Source: Chiloscyllium plagiosum
Lineage: Eukaryota
DNA length: 46,178 nt
Direction of reading: 5' to 3'
NCBI RefSeq assembly: GCF_004010195.1
Contig: NC_057719.1
Span: forward strand, 19,874,623 to 19,920,800
Made by a program: the position numbers and the translations under genes. Below are positions 36,205-46,178 of the stretch, one piece after another (the first letter of the stretch is position 1; the number at the start of each line of letters is the position of its first letter). Below the pieces are notes generated by a model. It saw only the letters and a list, made by a program, of their open reading frames with translations. It did not search any database and was not told the origin of the DNA.

Positions 36205-36465
36205 ACAACACTATACATTCTCACATACACACACACACACATAAGCACACATTCTTACATGCTCACACAAGCCCTCTCTCAAACACACTCTATCTCTCAG
36301 ACACACACATGAACACCCTACACACTCTCACCCATGCACGCACCCTTTCATAGGTTATACTCTGTCATACTCATGCATACACACACTCATACACTCATAT
36401 GCAGACAGTCACATGCGTACAAACACACACACACACTGTCTCCCTCACATGCACGCACACACACA
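36205..36465. repeat. Degenerate (CA)n tract, PLE 3' UTR on the plus arm
   Basis: Visible dinucleotide runs. Confidence 0.9.
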
Positions 36466-36876
36466 GTGGGTGAATTTGCATTTGCAGAATTGTATTTGCA
36501 GATACATTGTATTTTGTTCAAAGACTTCCCAACCTGCAAGTAGTCAATCCATGTGACATTTTATAAATTCCTACTTTGGAATTAGAATCAGTCTGACTCA
36601 AGATTGGAATACAGGCCGACTCTAACCTCACACCTTTAATGCATTGCCTGGAGCTGAGATGTCACCTTTTTTTTGAAAAAAAAACCTTAAGTTATCTCGG
36701 GAATGTGACTCAAAAGAAGTTCTGGGATTTACGTATTAATGAATCGATACCTGCAACCCATTCTAAAGGATGAAAGACTTAAAAGCAATCTAGGTTTGTT
36801 CAATATACCTTATCAGTTGCATGACACTATGATCTTTTGCTATAAATTCTGTGCCTTATGATCCTGTCCCACTAGT

Positions 36877-36911
36877 TACCTGATGAAGGAGCAGCGCTCT
36901 GAAAGGTCGTC
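36877..36911 (+). ncRNA. Minimal hammerhead motif (family C)
   Basis: UAC-CUGAUGA-A-GGAGC-AGC-GCUCU-GAAA-GG-UC^GUC; mutated mirror copy at 35317-35351. Confidence 0.75.
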
Positions 36912-37654
36912 CTTCGAAATAAACCTGTTGGATTATAATCTAGTGTTGTGTGATTTTGAACTTTGTACAGCCCAGTCCAAAACCAGCACCTCCACTTCAG
37001 AAATAAACAAGTCAGTGTTTCCAAGACCAATACGTTGATCATCATTGCCATGCATATGAAGTGATTACTCAACGATATGCATGAAGCCCAATTAATTTAC
37101 AATGTAATCTATTGGGAATCCAGCCTGCTTGTTACTTTGACTCAGTGAAGGAATGTCTTATTTCTTTCAAAACTGTGTACTTAATTTGAAATTTATCTCA
37201 AGGCTTGAATGTGATAGGTTTCACATATTAATCTCAATGCTCGACATATATTTGAATGATACAATGTACAGATGCATTACCTCTGTGGTTAGCCCATAAA
37301 AGTCAGAGTTCGGCTAAGTTCAGTTGGTTTCTTTCAGTTTCAGCTTACCCTAGAGATAAAGCACCTCACTCTCGCATAGGGCACCATCTGGCAGCTTGCT
37401 GGAGAACTGACAAAGCTCACCCGACCACAACAAGTAGTCTAGAGTGACAGGCGTTGAGAGTGAAATGTGTGCATTTTTAGTTGGGAGCCAAAGCTCCAGC
37501 AACTGGGGTACCCCTTTGCTAGCAATTACATGCTTTAGCAAATTCTGAAGTTAGTTTTAGCAGCAGATAGTGAATGTTGAGCTTTGGAGAGGAAACTAAG
37601 GGAAGTTGTGGACATATCAAGCTGAATATTTTCTTTTAAGCTTGACTGTAATCA

Positions 37655-40060
37655 TTTCATAGAATCGTAGACTTAATTAAACACTGCAGAAAAGGCTCTT
37701 CAGCCCATTGAATCTGGACTGACAAAACTACCCTTAACCTTCACTTTCCTTGCTTTCCAGCACCTGGTCCATAGTCTTAATTATTACGACATTTCAATTA
37801 TAGAATCCCTTCGCTATGGAGACAGGCCCTTCGGCCCAATAAGTCCACACCTACCCACCGAAGAATAACCCATTCAGACCGATTCCCCTACATTTACCCC
37901 TGACTAATGCACCTAGCCTACGCATCCCTGAACATGATGGGCAATTTAGCATGGCCAGTTCATCTAACCTGCATATCTTTGGACTGTGGAAGGAAGCCAG
38001 AGCACCCGGAGGAAACCCGCGCAGACACGGAGAGAATGTGCAAACTCCAGACAGACAGTCACCTGAGGCTGGAATCGAACCCAGGTCTCTGGGTGCTGTG
38101 AGGCAACAGTGCTAACCACTGAGCCACCATGCTGCCATTCAAGTCCTCATCTAAGTATGTTTCAAAATGTTTTAAATGTTGCCTCAACTACTATTCTAGA
38201 CCGGGCATTCCTGATTCCCAGTGTCTCTGCGTGAAAAATCGTTTTCCTCAAATTCCCTCTCAAGCTTTCACTTAAAATGATGCACTCTTGTTACTCACTC
38301 TTCAACAAAGGGGAAACAGCTGCTTCCTGTTCATTCCCCGTCATAACTTTATACACTTCAATCAGGTCCCCTCTCTGTCTTCTCTGATCGAAAGAAAACA
38401 ACCCAAGCTTATGCAGCCTCTCTTTATAATTATGCTGCTCCATCCATGGCAACATCCTGGTGAATCTCCTCTGTCCCCACTCCAGTGCAATCACATCCTT
38501 TCTAACATGCAGTGACCACAACTGCGCAGTACTCCAGCTGTGACTTTAACCAAAGTCCTGTGTAGCTCAAATGTAACACCCCCATTCTTAGAATCAATGC
38601 CACAACTGAAAAAGGCAATGTCCTGTATGTCTTCTTCACGACCTTATTAAACTGTCCTGCTTCTTTCAGACATCTGTAGACAAGCACCTGAGATCCTTCT
38701 GTTCCTCTGAGCTTCCTAGTGTCTCACCATTGATTGAGTGATCTCTTGACATGTTCTTTCTTACAAAATGCATCACCTTACGTTTATTAGGGTTAAATTC
38801 CATTTGCCACTGATCTACCAATCTGATCAATCTATCTATACTTCCTATAGTCTCTGGCTTTCTTCCCTACTGTCAACCACCTGTGTCATCCTCAAACTTA
38901 CATATCAATCCCTCCAACCCACAATTTCATCCATGTATATAGAAAGTTCATGTCATATGTTATGAGATACCAGCCTCAAGTCCTACAAACAACATGCTAC
39001 CACCATGCTCTGTCTCCTACTAATCAACCAATGTTGGATCCAATTTGCCATTTACCCTGGATGCTAAGTGCTTTTATCTTCTTTATCAGTCTCCCATATG
39101 GGCCCTTGTAAGAGGCTTTGCTGAAATCCATGTTAGCTACATCAACTGCATGAACCTTATCTACACACCTGGTCAACTCCTCAAAAAATTGAAGTAAATA
39201 TATTAGGCATGACCTTCCCCTGACAAAGCCATGCTAATTATCACTGACCAAATCTTGTCTTTCCAACTCAAAATTTATTCTTTCCTTCATAATTTTCTCC
39301 GATTGTTTCCCTGCCACTGATGTGAGACTTAACGGTCAGTCATTAACAGGCTTATCTCTGTCATCTTGCTTGAAAGTTGGAGCCACATTAGCTATCTTCC
39401 AACCCACTGGCACCTCTCCTGTGGCCAGAGAGGAATTAAACATTTGGGTAATTTCTTCTCTCATCTCCCGCAGCAGTTTGGATACAACTCATTCGGACCT
39501 GTGGGTTCTGTCAAATTCTAAAACCTCCCCACTCCCTATGTCAGTCTGGTCAAGAGCTTCACAGTTCCACCTCTCCAATTGTGCATTGATATCTTCCTTC
39601 TCCAAAGTTAAGACAGATGTGAAGTACTCACTTAACGTTCTACTAATATCCTCTGATTTCACGCATAGAGTGCCCCCTTGTTCTCTCATGGGCCCTATTC
39701 TTTCCTTGTTTATCTTCTTTCTATTGATATATACTTACAGAATATCTTGGGATTCTCCCTAATCTTACCCTCCAGTATTTCTTCAAGCTCCTCTTTGCTC
39801 TTCGAATTACTTCCTTAGGATCTACCCTGCACTTGCTATACTCCACTAGGACCTCCACTGATTTGCTACCTGCTAAAAATCTTTATTTTTCTTCTTATCC
39901 AGTCCTGACTATTCCTAAGCATCCAGGGTTCTTTGGACTTGTTACTCTTACATTTCATCTTAAAGGGAACATGTGGGTACTCTTGCCAATTCCATTTGAA
40001 TGAGCCTTTCTCTTGAACATCCCTCCTTTCCTAAAGCTGCCCTTAATGCATTTTGACAAC
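37655..40060 (-). mobile_element. Old decayed CR1 ORF2, interrupted by an HE1 SINE
   Basis: DVIALEWGQRRFTRMLP..ERLHKLGLFS..RGDLIEVYK; LSEYFTSVLTLE; degraded HGFVRG and DF.KA motifs at 39100-39240. Confidence 0.85.
37800..38136 (-). mobile_element. HE1-type SINE, full length
   Basis: RC tggctcagtggttagc A box, ggttcgattcc B box. Confidence 0.9.
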
Positions 40061-40329
40061 AATATGAAAAGTGCCATAATGTCCCTGTCCTTCCCTGTTT
40101 TAAGTGAATAAAATGTTGACTTTTCCTGAAGGTTTTGATTCCCTACAAATGCTTGTTTTCTCATGAGCACAATTTGTTTCTGGACATATCTTCAAGATTA
40201 AACTCATATTCTGGTTCATGAGGTGAAGTGTTTTCTCAGTAGTCTCTCTAGCTTTGAAATAATGAGCAGTTCCCAATCTTCACATGGCTCTGTGATAAAG
40301 AAATAGATGCTCCACAGCTTTGACTGATT

Positions 40330-40486
40330 TAGAGTCATAGAGTCATAGAGATGTACAGCATGGAAACAGACCCTTCGGTCCAACCCGTCCAGGCCAACCA
40401 GATATCCCAACCCAATCTAGCCCACGTGCCAGCACCCGGCCCTCCAAACCCTTCCTATTCATATACCCATCCAAATGCCTCTTAAC
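40330..40486 (-). mobile_element. CR1 3'-terminal fragment
   Basis: (tagagtca)n tail and a close match to 45544-45706. Confidence 0.88.
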
Positions 40487-41387
40487 TTATGCTTAATATA
40501 AATCAAGGAAAACTGAAGAAATCGCATTCCTGTTAGTCTCATCGAGACAGCTGCTATTCCTTCATGAAGGTCTTTGCTGCTCTTTGTATTGAACTGCCAA
40601 AGATTGCAAAAGGGGAATAATTTGTAAAACTAGCTTGAATAACAGACCCATCAGCTAGTTTAAGTAGAGATCTGGTGCTAAATTGCAATGAAAGAGAGTT
40701 ATAATAAAGGTAAAGTCACCATAGCCCTCCTGGACCATATAGTTGCTCTCTTATTAGAGAGAGATCACTGATGGCAGTTTAACCTGAGAGTCAAAATGCT
40801 TGAGGTGAGGGGAGAGGTCAAGAAGGAAAATCCTGCCTTGCATTCTCAACCAGCTATCCAGCCACCTAAGCTAATATTCCAGAATACAAGTGCCATATGT
40901 GAGCAGTGCATTGCATTTTTGTTTTTATTTTGCTGCATTGCACATTTGTCAATCGTTTTATATTGGAACCTATAGTGAGCAAAATGGAGTCTGTGTGAGA
41001 AGGTTTTCTTACAGTTTATGTCACAAAGTGCCTGAAAAAGGAACTAAAAATGAGGGTTTTAGAATCAAGAAAGAATTCCAACAGATGTTGCTGGATGGGT
41101 TATCACATCTAAATCCCCATTAACATTCCCTGATTTCTTTGCTCTTGGAAACACAACTAGCTGACTTTGGATTATGGCTATACTATGAACTAAAATGGTA
41201 AACAGGTGTTGGATTTTGAAGGTTGATGTTAGTTTATGATTAGAAGTTATAGCTATTTCTCAAAATGAATTCAGTTCCTGAAATGAGTTAAATTGTTAAT
41301 AGTTTATATATAGCAAGCAATAGTACTTGGACACACACTTAGAATCTAGTACTTGCAACTGTATCTGAAGTTATACAAGACACTTCG

Positions 41388-41920
41388 TGTCATAAAGTCA
41401 TAGAGATATACATTACAGCAACAGATCCTTCGGTCCAACCCATCCATGCTGACCAGATATCTCAATCTAATCTAATCCCATTTGCCAGCATTTGGCCCAT
41501 ATCTCTCTAAACCCTTCCTAATCATATATCCATCCAGATGCCTTCTTCTGGCAGCTCATTCCAAACATGTACCATGCACTGCATAAAAAAATTGCCCAAC
41601 CAGGTCTCTTTTACATCTTTCCTTTCTCACCCTAAAACTATGCCCTCTTGTTCTGGACTCCCCTACCCCAGGGAAAAGACATTGTCTATTTATCCTATCC
41701 ATGCCCCTCATGATTTTATAAACCTTTATCAGGTTACCCCTTAGCCTCTGACGCTCCAGGGGAAAAAAAAAAACAGCTATTTAGCCTCTTCTTATAGCTC
41801 AAATCCTCCAAACCTGGCAACATCCTTGTAAATTTTTTCTGATCCCTTTCAAGTTTCACAATATGCTTCCAGTAGGAAGGAGACCAGAATTGCATGCAAT
41901 ATTCCAAAAATGGCCGAACT
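41388..41920 (-). mobile_element. CR1 3' fragment
   Basis: VRPFLEYCMQFWSPSYWKHIVKLE; colinear with 45545-46110. Confidence 0.9.
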
Positions 41921-41929
41921 GACACTTGT

Positions 41930-42490
41930 TAGATCTCAGTTGGTGTATCATGTACAATTCTGGATGCCACATTATAAAATCAATGTGAATACGTTGGAGA
42001 GAGTGCAGAAATGGTTTATAACAATATTTCCAAAAATGACAAACTTCATTTATGAGGATAGATTGGAGAGGTTGGGTCTAATCTCCTGAGAGAGAAGAAG
42101 GCTGAAAGGAGATTAGATAGAAGATTTCATAATTCTGAAAAGTCTGGATATAGCAGATAGAAAAAGAAAGCTTTAGCTGCTCATGAGAGGAGCAAAAATG
42201 TGAGACCATAGATTTAAAGTGATTTGCAAACAAAGCAAATTGGTTGTGAGAAAATACCATTGCATACAAGTGGCTTGAATCTGAAATGCACTGCTTGGAA
42301 GTGTAGTCAAGGCAGAATGGATCAAAGCATGCAAGAAGGCATTGGATGATTATTTGAATAGAAACCATGTGTAAGGGATTGTGGTTAAGGTGAATTGCAT
42401 TTTGTCATGATGCTGATTGGACAGATGGTAAGATATAATGGACCAAATGGCCTCTATCTGTACTGTTTCAATTCTGTGATTCTTTGATTT
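41930..42490 (+). mobile_element. Old CR1 3' fragment
   Basis: HVQFWMPHYKINVNTLERVQKWF..YEDRLERLGL..RRRLKGD. Confidence 0.75.
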
Positions 42491-42786
42491 CTCATAATAT
42501 ATTAGCTGTGGTTTAGTCAGCAGTACTCTCATCTAGAAAATGAAAGGTTATGGCTCAATTCACACTCCAGACTTGAGCACAAAGCCTAGTCTGACCCATT
42601 TGTGCAGTACAGAGCAAAAGCTACGCTGTCAGAAGTGTAGTGTTATGGATTAATATTAAACCCAGGTTCTGCCTGTCCTTTCAGGTCTCTGTAAAAGTTC
42701 CAATAGGATCATTTTAAAGAAAATCATGGCAGTTTATTTATATTTATATTTCAATTAGCATAATCAAAATGACAGATAATACCTTG

Positions 42787-43090
42787 ATTTGGCGATGCCA
42801 GTGTTGGACTGGAGTGTAAAAAGTTAAAAATCACACAACCCCCAGTTATCATCTAACAGGTTTACTTCGAAGCACTAACTTTCAGAGCGCTGCTCCATCA
42901 TCAGGTGGTTGTGGATTATAAGATCATAAGACACCGAATTTATAGCAAAAGTTTACAGTGTGATGTAACTGAAATTATATATTAAAAAAGACCTGGATTG
43001 TTTGTTAAATCTCTCATCTAAAAGTGCTCCAAAGGCTAGTGCTTCCAAATAAACCTGTTGGACTATAAACTGGTGTTGTGTGATTTTTAA
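42787..43090. mobile_element. PLE family C inverted pLTR remnant
   Basis: Minus arm with tail 42787-43020, plus arm 43023-43090; possible degenerate TSD agataataccttg / agatgatattttg. Confidence 0.85.
42873..42907 (-). ncRNA. Minimal hammerhead motif (family C)
   Basis: RC CAC-CUGAUGA-U-GGAGC-AGC-GCUCU-GAAA-GU-UA^GUG; stem I CAC/GUG. Confidence 0.8.
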
Positions 43091-44247
43091 AGATGATATT
43101 TTGTAGAACATAGCAGTACACAAATTGGTTGTGAGATTCTTCAGGTTACAATAGTGACAGCACTGTAAAGCACTCTGCATGTCCTGAGTGAGGTGGAAGA
43201 TACTCTAAAAATGTAATTCTTTCTTTCTCTGTCAGCAGAAGTAAATATCAAGACTGCAAAGAAACCTTCCTATGTCAATGTGATTGAAGAGAGCAAACTG
43301 GTCAAAACTAGGAGCATCATGATTATACAAGAAGTGCTCAGAATTGACTTCTTTATGCTTTTATTCAACCCGATGTAGACCATTGACAGGATAAGCCTGG
43401 CAGATATGGAATCGGTTTGTCTTCATACATGAGCATAAAATATTGCACCTACCATGTAAACTTAAAAAAAATTGGAGTTCACTTGAATCACAACTGACAG
43501 GAAAATTCGTGCAACCCAACAAAGATTCCCCAGGCAACTATCTGTTTTGAGTATGTGACCTCAGTTGACAAATTCAAATGATGCCCACACTGACAGCTAT
43601 GAGAGTTAAAGGAACAACGCTTTTGTTCTGCATTGAAAAGATGTCACATTTTCAATAATTCATTGTCACCTGTGGTAAACCAACCTTACTGTGACATGAA
43701 ATAGAAAGCTCACCCTAGGATTTGCTAGATGTGATGTTTGATGAAAAAATACAATCAAGATTATAGAAAACTCGCTTTGGTACATATGGGAATAATTTCT
43801 CCATATATCTCTAAAGAGTAACTTTAATTTCTGCAGTGTGTGCCAACTTATTAAATCGGGATAATAGAAGAAAAAAACATTAAGCTGATTTCATCCATGT
43901 GCAACAGTGAAAGCTTGAGCTTCTCGGGGAGGTGCCGTGCCTGTGTATTAATGATGCTATTGCGTGCATGTAAAGAAGGCTGACATGTCTGCAAAAGTGG
44001 ATACAGCATCCTGTAAAACAGCTCCTGGGGGTGACAAGACTGTCCTTGATGATTCACTATCAGCTAAAGAAAAGTAGACAGACTGCTGTACTATCCGTCA
44101 CAAAGGGAGATAGTTAGAACTTGATTAACCCTTGGACTACACAATAAGTCCTTCTCATGTGTGGGCATTCACAGCTTGTGGGGAAAATAGAAGATAGAAG
44201 CATCTCTACAGCAAATTCCAATATAAACCACTTTTCTTTCTGGAATG

Positions 44248-45540
44248 TTAGAACATAGAACGTTACAACGCAGTACGGGCCCTTCAGCCTTTGATGTTAC
44301 GTGGACCTGTGGAACCAATCTGAAACTTATCTATCCTACACTACTCCATTTTCATCCATATGTTTATCCAATGACTATTTAAATGCACTTAAAGTTGGCG
44401 AGTCTACTAGTGTTGCAGGCAGGCCATTCCATGCCCCCTACTATTCTCTGAGTAAAGAAACTATTGCTGACATCTGCCCTGTATCTGTCATCCCTCAATT
44501 TAAAGCTATGTCCCCTCATGTTAGCCATCTCCATCCGAGGAAAAAGGCTCTCACTTTCCACCCTATCTAACCCTTTAATTATCTTATTTGTCTCAATTAA
44601 GTCACCTCTCAACCTTCTTCTCTCTAATGAAAACAGCCTCAAGTCCCTCAGCCTTTCCTCATAAGACCTTCCCTCCAGACCAGGCAACATCGTAGTAAAT
44701 CTCCTCTGAACCCTTTCCAAAGCTTCCACGTCCTCCTTATAATGCAGTGACCAGAACTGTGAGCAATACTCCAAGTGTGGCTGAACCAGAGTTTTGTACA
44801 GCTGCAACATCACCCCATGGCTCCTAAACTCAATCCCTCTATCAATAAAAGCTAACACACCAAATACCTTTTAAACAACCCTATCAACCTGGGTGGCAAC
44901 TTTCAGGGATCGACATACATGGACACTGAGATCTCTCTGCACATCTACACCACCAAGAATCTTACCATTAGCCCAGTACTCTTTATTCCTGTTGCTCCTT
45001 CCAAAGTGAATCACCTCACACTTCTCTGCATTAAACACAATTTTCCACCTCTCAACCCAGCTCTGCAACTTATCTATGTCCTTCTGTAACCTGCAACATC
45101 CTTCAGCACTATCCACAACTCCACCGAACTTAGTGTCATCCGTAAATTTACTAACCCATCCTTCTATGCCTTCCTTTAGGTTATTTATAAAAATGACAAA
45201 CAGCAGTGACCCCAAAATAGATCTTTGTGGTGCACCATTAGTAACTGAACTCCAGGATAGACATTTCCCATCAACCATCACTCTGAGTCTTCTTTCAGCT
45301 AGCCAATTTCTGATCCAAACCACTAAATCACCCTCAATCCCCTGCCTTGCACCCTTGCCTCTGTATTTTGTGCAATAGCTTACTGTGGGAAACCTTATAA
45401 AATGCCTTACTGAAATCCATACACACCACATCGACCGCTTTACCCTCATCCACATCCACAAAGAACTCAATAGGATTTGTGAGGCACAACCAACTTCATA
45501 AAACTGTACTGACTAATCCCTAATCAACTTATTCCTCAAC
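44248..45540 (-). mobile_element. CR1 RT and 3' end
   Basis: WIRNWLAERR, GAPQRSILGSLLFVIFINNL, SKFTDDTK, LYKTLVQPHLEYCSQFWS; (tagaaca)n tail. Confidence 0.93.
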
Positions 45541-46178
45541 AGATAGAGTCATAGAGTCATAGAGACGTACAGCATGGACACAGACCCTTTGGTCCAACCC
45601 GTCCATGTCGACCAGATATCCCAACCCAATCTAGTCCCACCTGCCAGCACTCGGCCCATATCCCTCCAAACCCTTCCTATTCATATACACATCCAAATGC
45701 CTCTTAAATGTTGCAATTATACCAGCCTCTAACACATCCTCTGGCAGCTCATTCCATACACGTACTACCCTCTGCGTGAAAAAGATGCCCCTTAGTTCTC
45801 TTTTATATCTTTCCCTTCTCACCCTAAACCAATGTCCTCTGGTTCTGGACTCCCCGACCCCTGGGAAAAAACTTTGTCTATTTATCCTATCCATGCCCCT
45901 CATGATTTTGTAAACCTCTATCAGGTCACCCCTCAGCCTCTGACGTTCCAGGGCAAACAGCCCCAGCCTGTTCAGCCTCTCCCTATAGCTCAGATCCTCC
46001 AACCCTGGCAACATCCTTGTAAATCTTTTCTGAACCTTTTCAAGTTTCACAACATCTTTCTGATAGGAAGGAGACCAGAATTGCACGCAATATTCCAACA
46101 GTGGCCTAACCAATGTCCTGTACAGCCGCAACATGACCTCCCAACTCCTATACTCAATACCCTGACCAATAAAGGAAA
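45541..46178 (-). mobile_element. Younger CR1 3' end, truncated by the window edge
   Basis: Open 167-aa ORF2 C-terminus LYRTLVRPLLEYCVQFWSPSY...FFTQRVVRVWNELP; (tagagtca)n tail. Confidence 0.95.

Larger units (their letters stand above)
35266..36997. mobile_element. Palindromic PLE family C: minus arm 35266-35990, GIY-YIG C-terminus 35995-36200, plus arm to 36997; 13-bp TSD
   Basis: TSD cagaaatagacaa (35253-35265) / cagaaataaacaa (36998-37010); LPVGEHFSGLEHS..DLWVTILQ..AEQRLKAKFSTHEGGLNRD; arms are reverse complements. Confidence 0.9.
42503..43230 (+). mobile_element. Old DeuSINE-like (SacSINE1/AmnSINE-related) SINE, interrupted by a PLE
   Basis: Recognised from memory of the family consensus: cttgagcac..gtgcagtac..ctgtcagaagtg..ttaaacccagg..gtaaaagttcc, then caaattgg..acaatagtgac..ctgtaaagcact..gtcctgag and a ttcttt tail. 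Confidence 0.55.

Noticed and set aside
1347..43090. Apparent PLE targeting of other retroelements
   Set aside because: Repeats cover much of the window, so nesting is expected by chance, and the target sequences share no clear motif.
43235..43378. Acceptor-like tctttctctgtcag followed by a short open frame
   Set aside because: The pyrimidine tract is the SINE tail; no donor and no recognisable peptide.

Overview
Repeat-dense, apparently non-genic vertebrate DNA, most likely from an elasmobranch (shark or ray), judging by HE1-type tRNA SINEs and HER1/CR1 LINEs. There are two N-gaps, and I cannot support any intact host gene, RNA gene or CRISPR array. The window is dominated by decayed CR1 LINEs, one RTE remnant, several SINE families and about 11 insertions of Penelope-like retroelements (PLEs). 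The PLEs fall into four sequence families: Neptune-like A and C, Poseidon-like D, and a related mini family E. The main hidden signal is that all four PLE families carry a minimal type-I hammerhead ribozyme in their pseudo-LTR: N3-CUGANGA-(A/U)-stem II-GAAA-NN-UH^N3. I count about 18 copies, with compensatory changes in stems I and II between families and a palindromic tetramer replacing stem III. Most PLE insertions are asymmetric palindromes, with one arm carrying a ~30-nt tail, flanked by 12-16 bp target-site duplications (TSDs). Notable cases are a CR1>PLE>PLE nested stack with an apparent arm-to-arm gene-conversion tract, and a ~200-bp element made almost entirely of two back-to-back hammerheads. 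PLE hammerheads are a known class; their details in these shark families are inferred here from sequence only.
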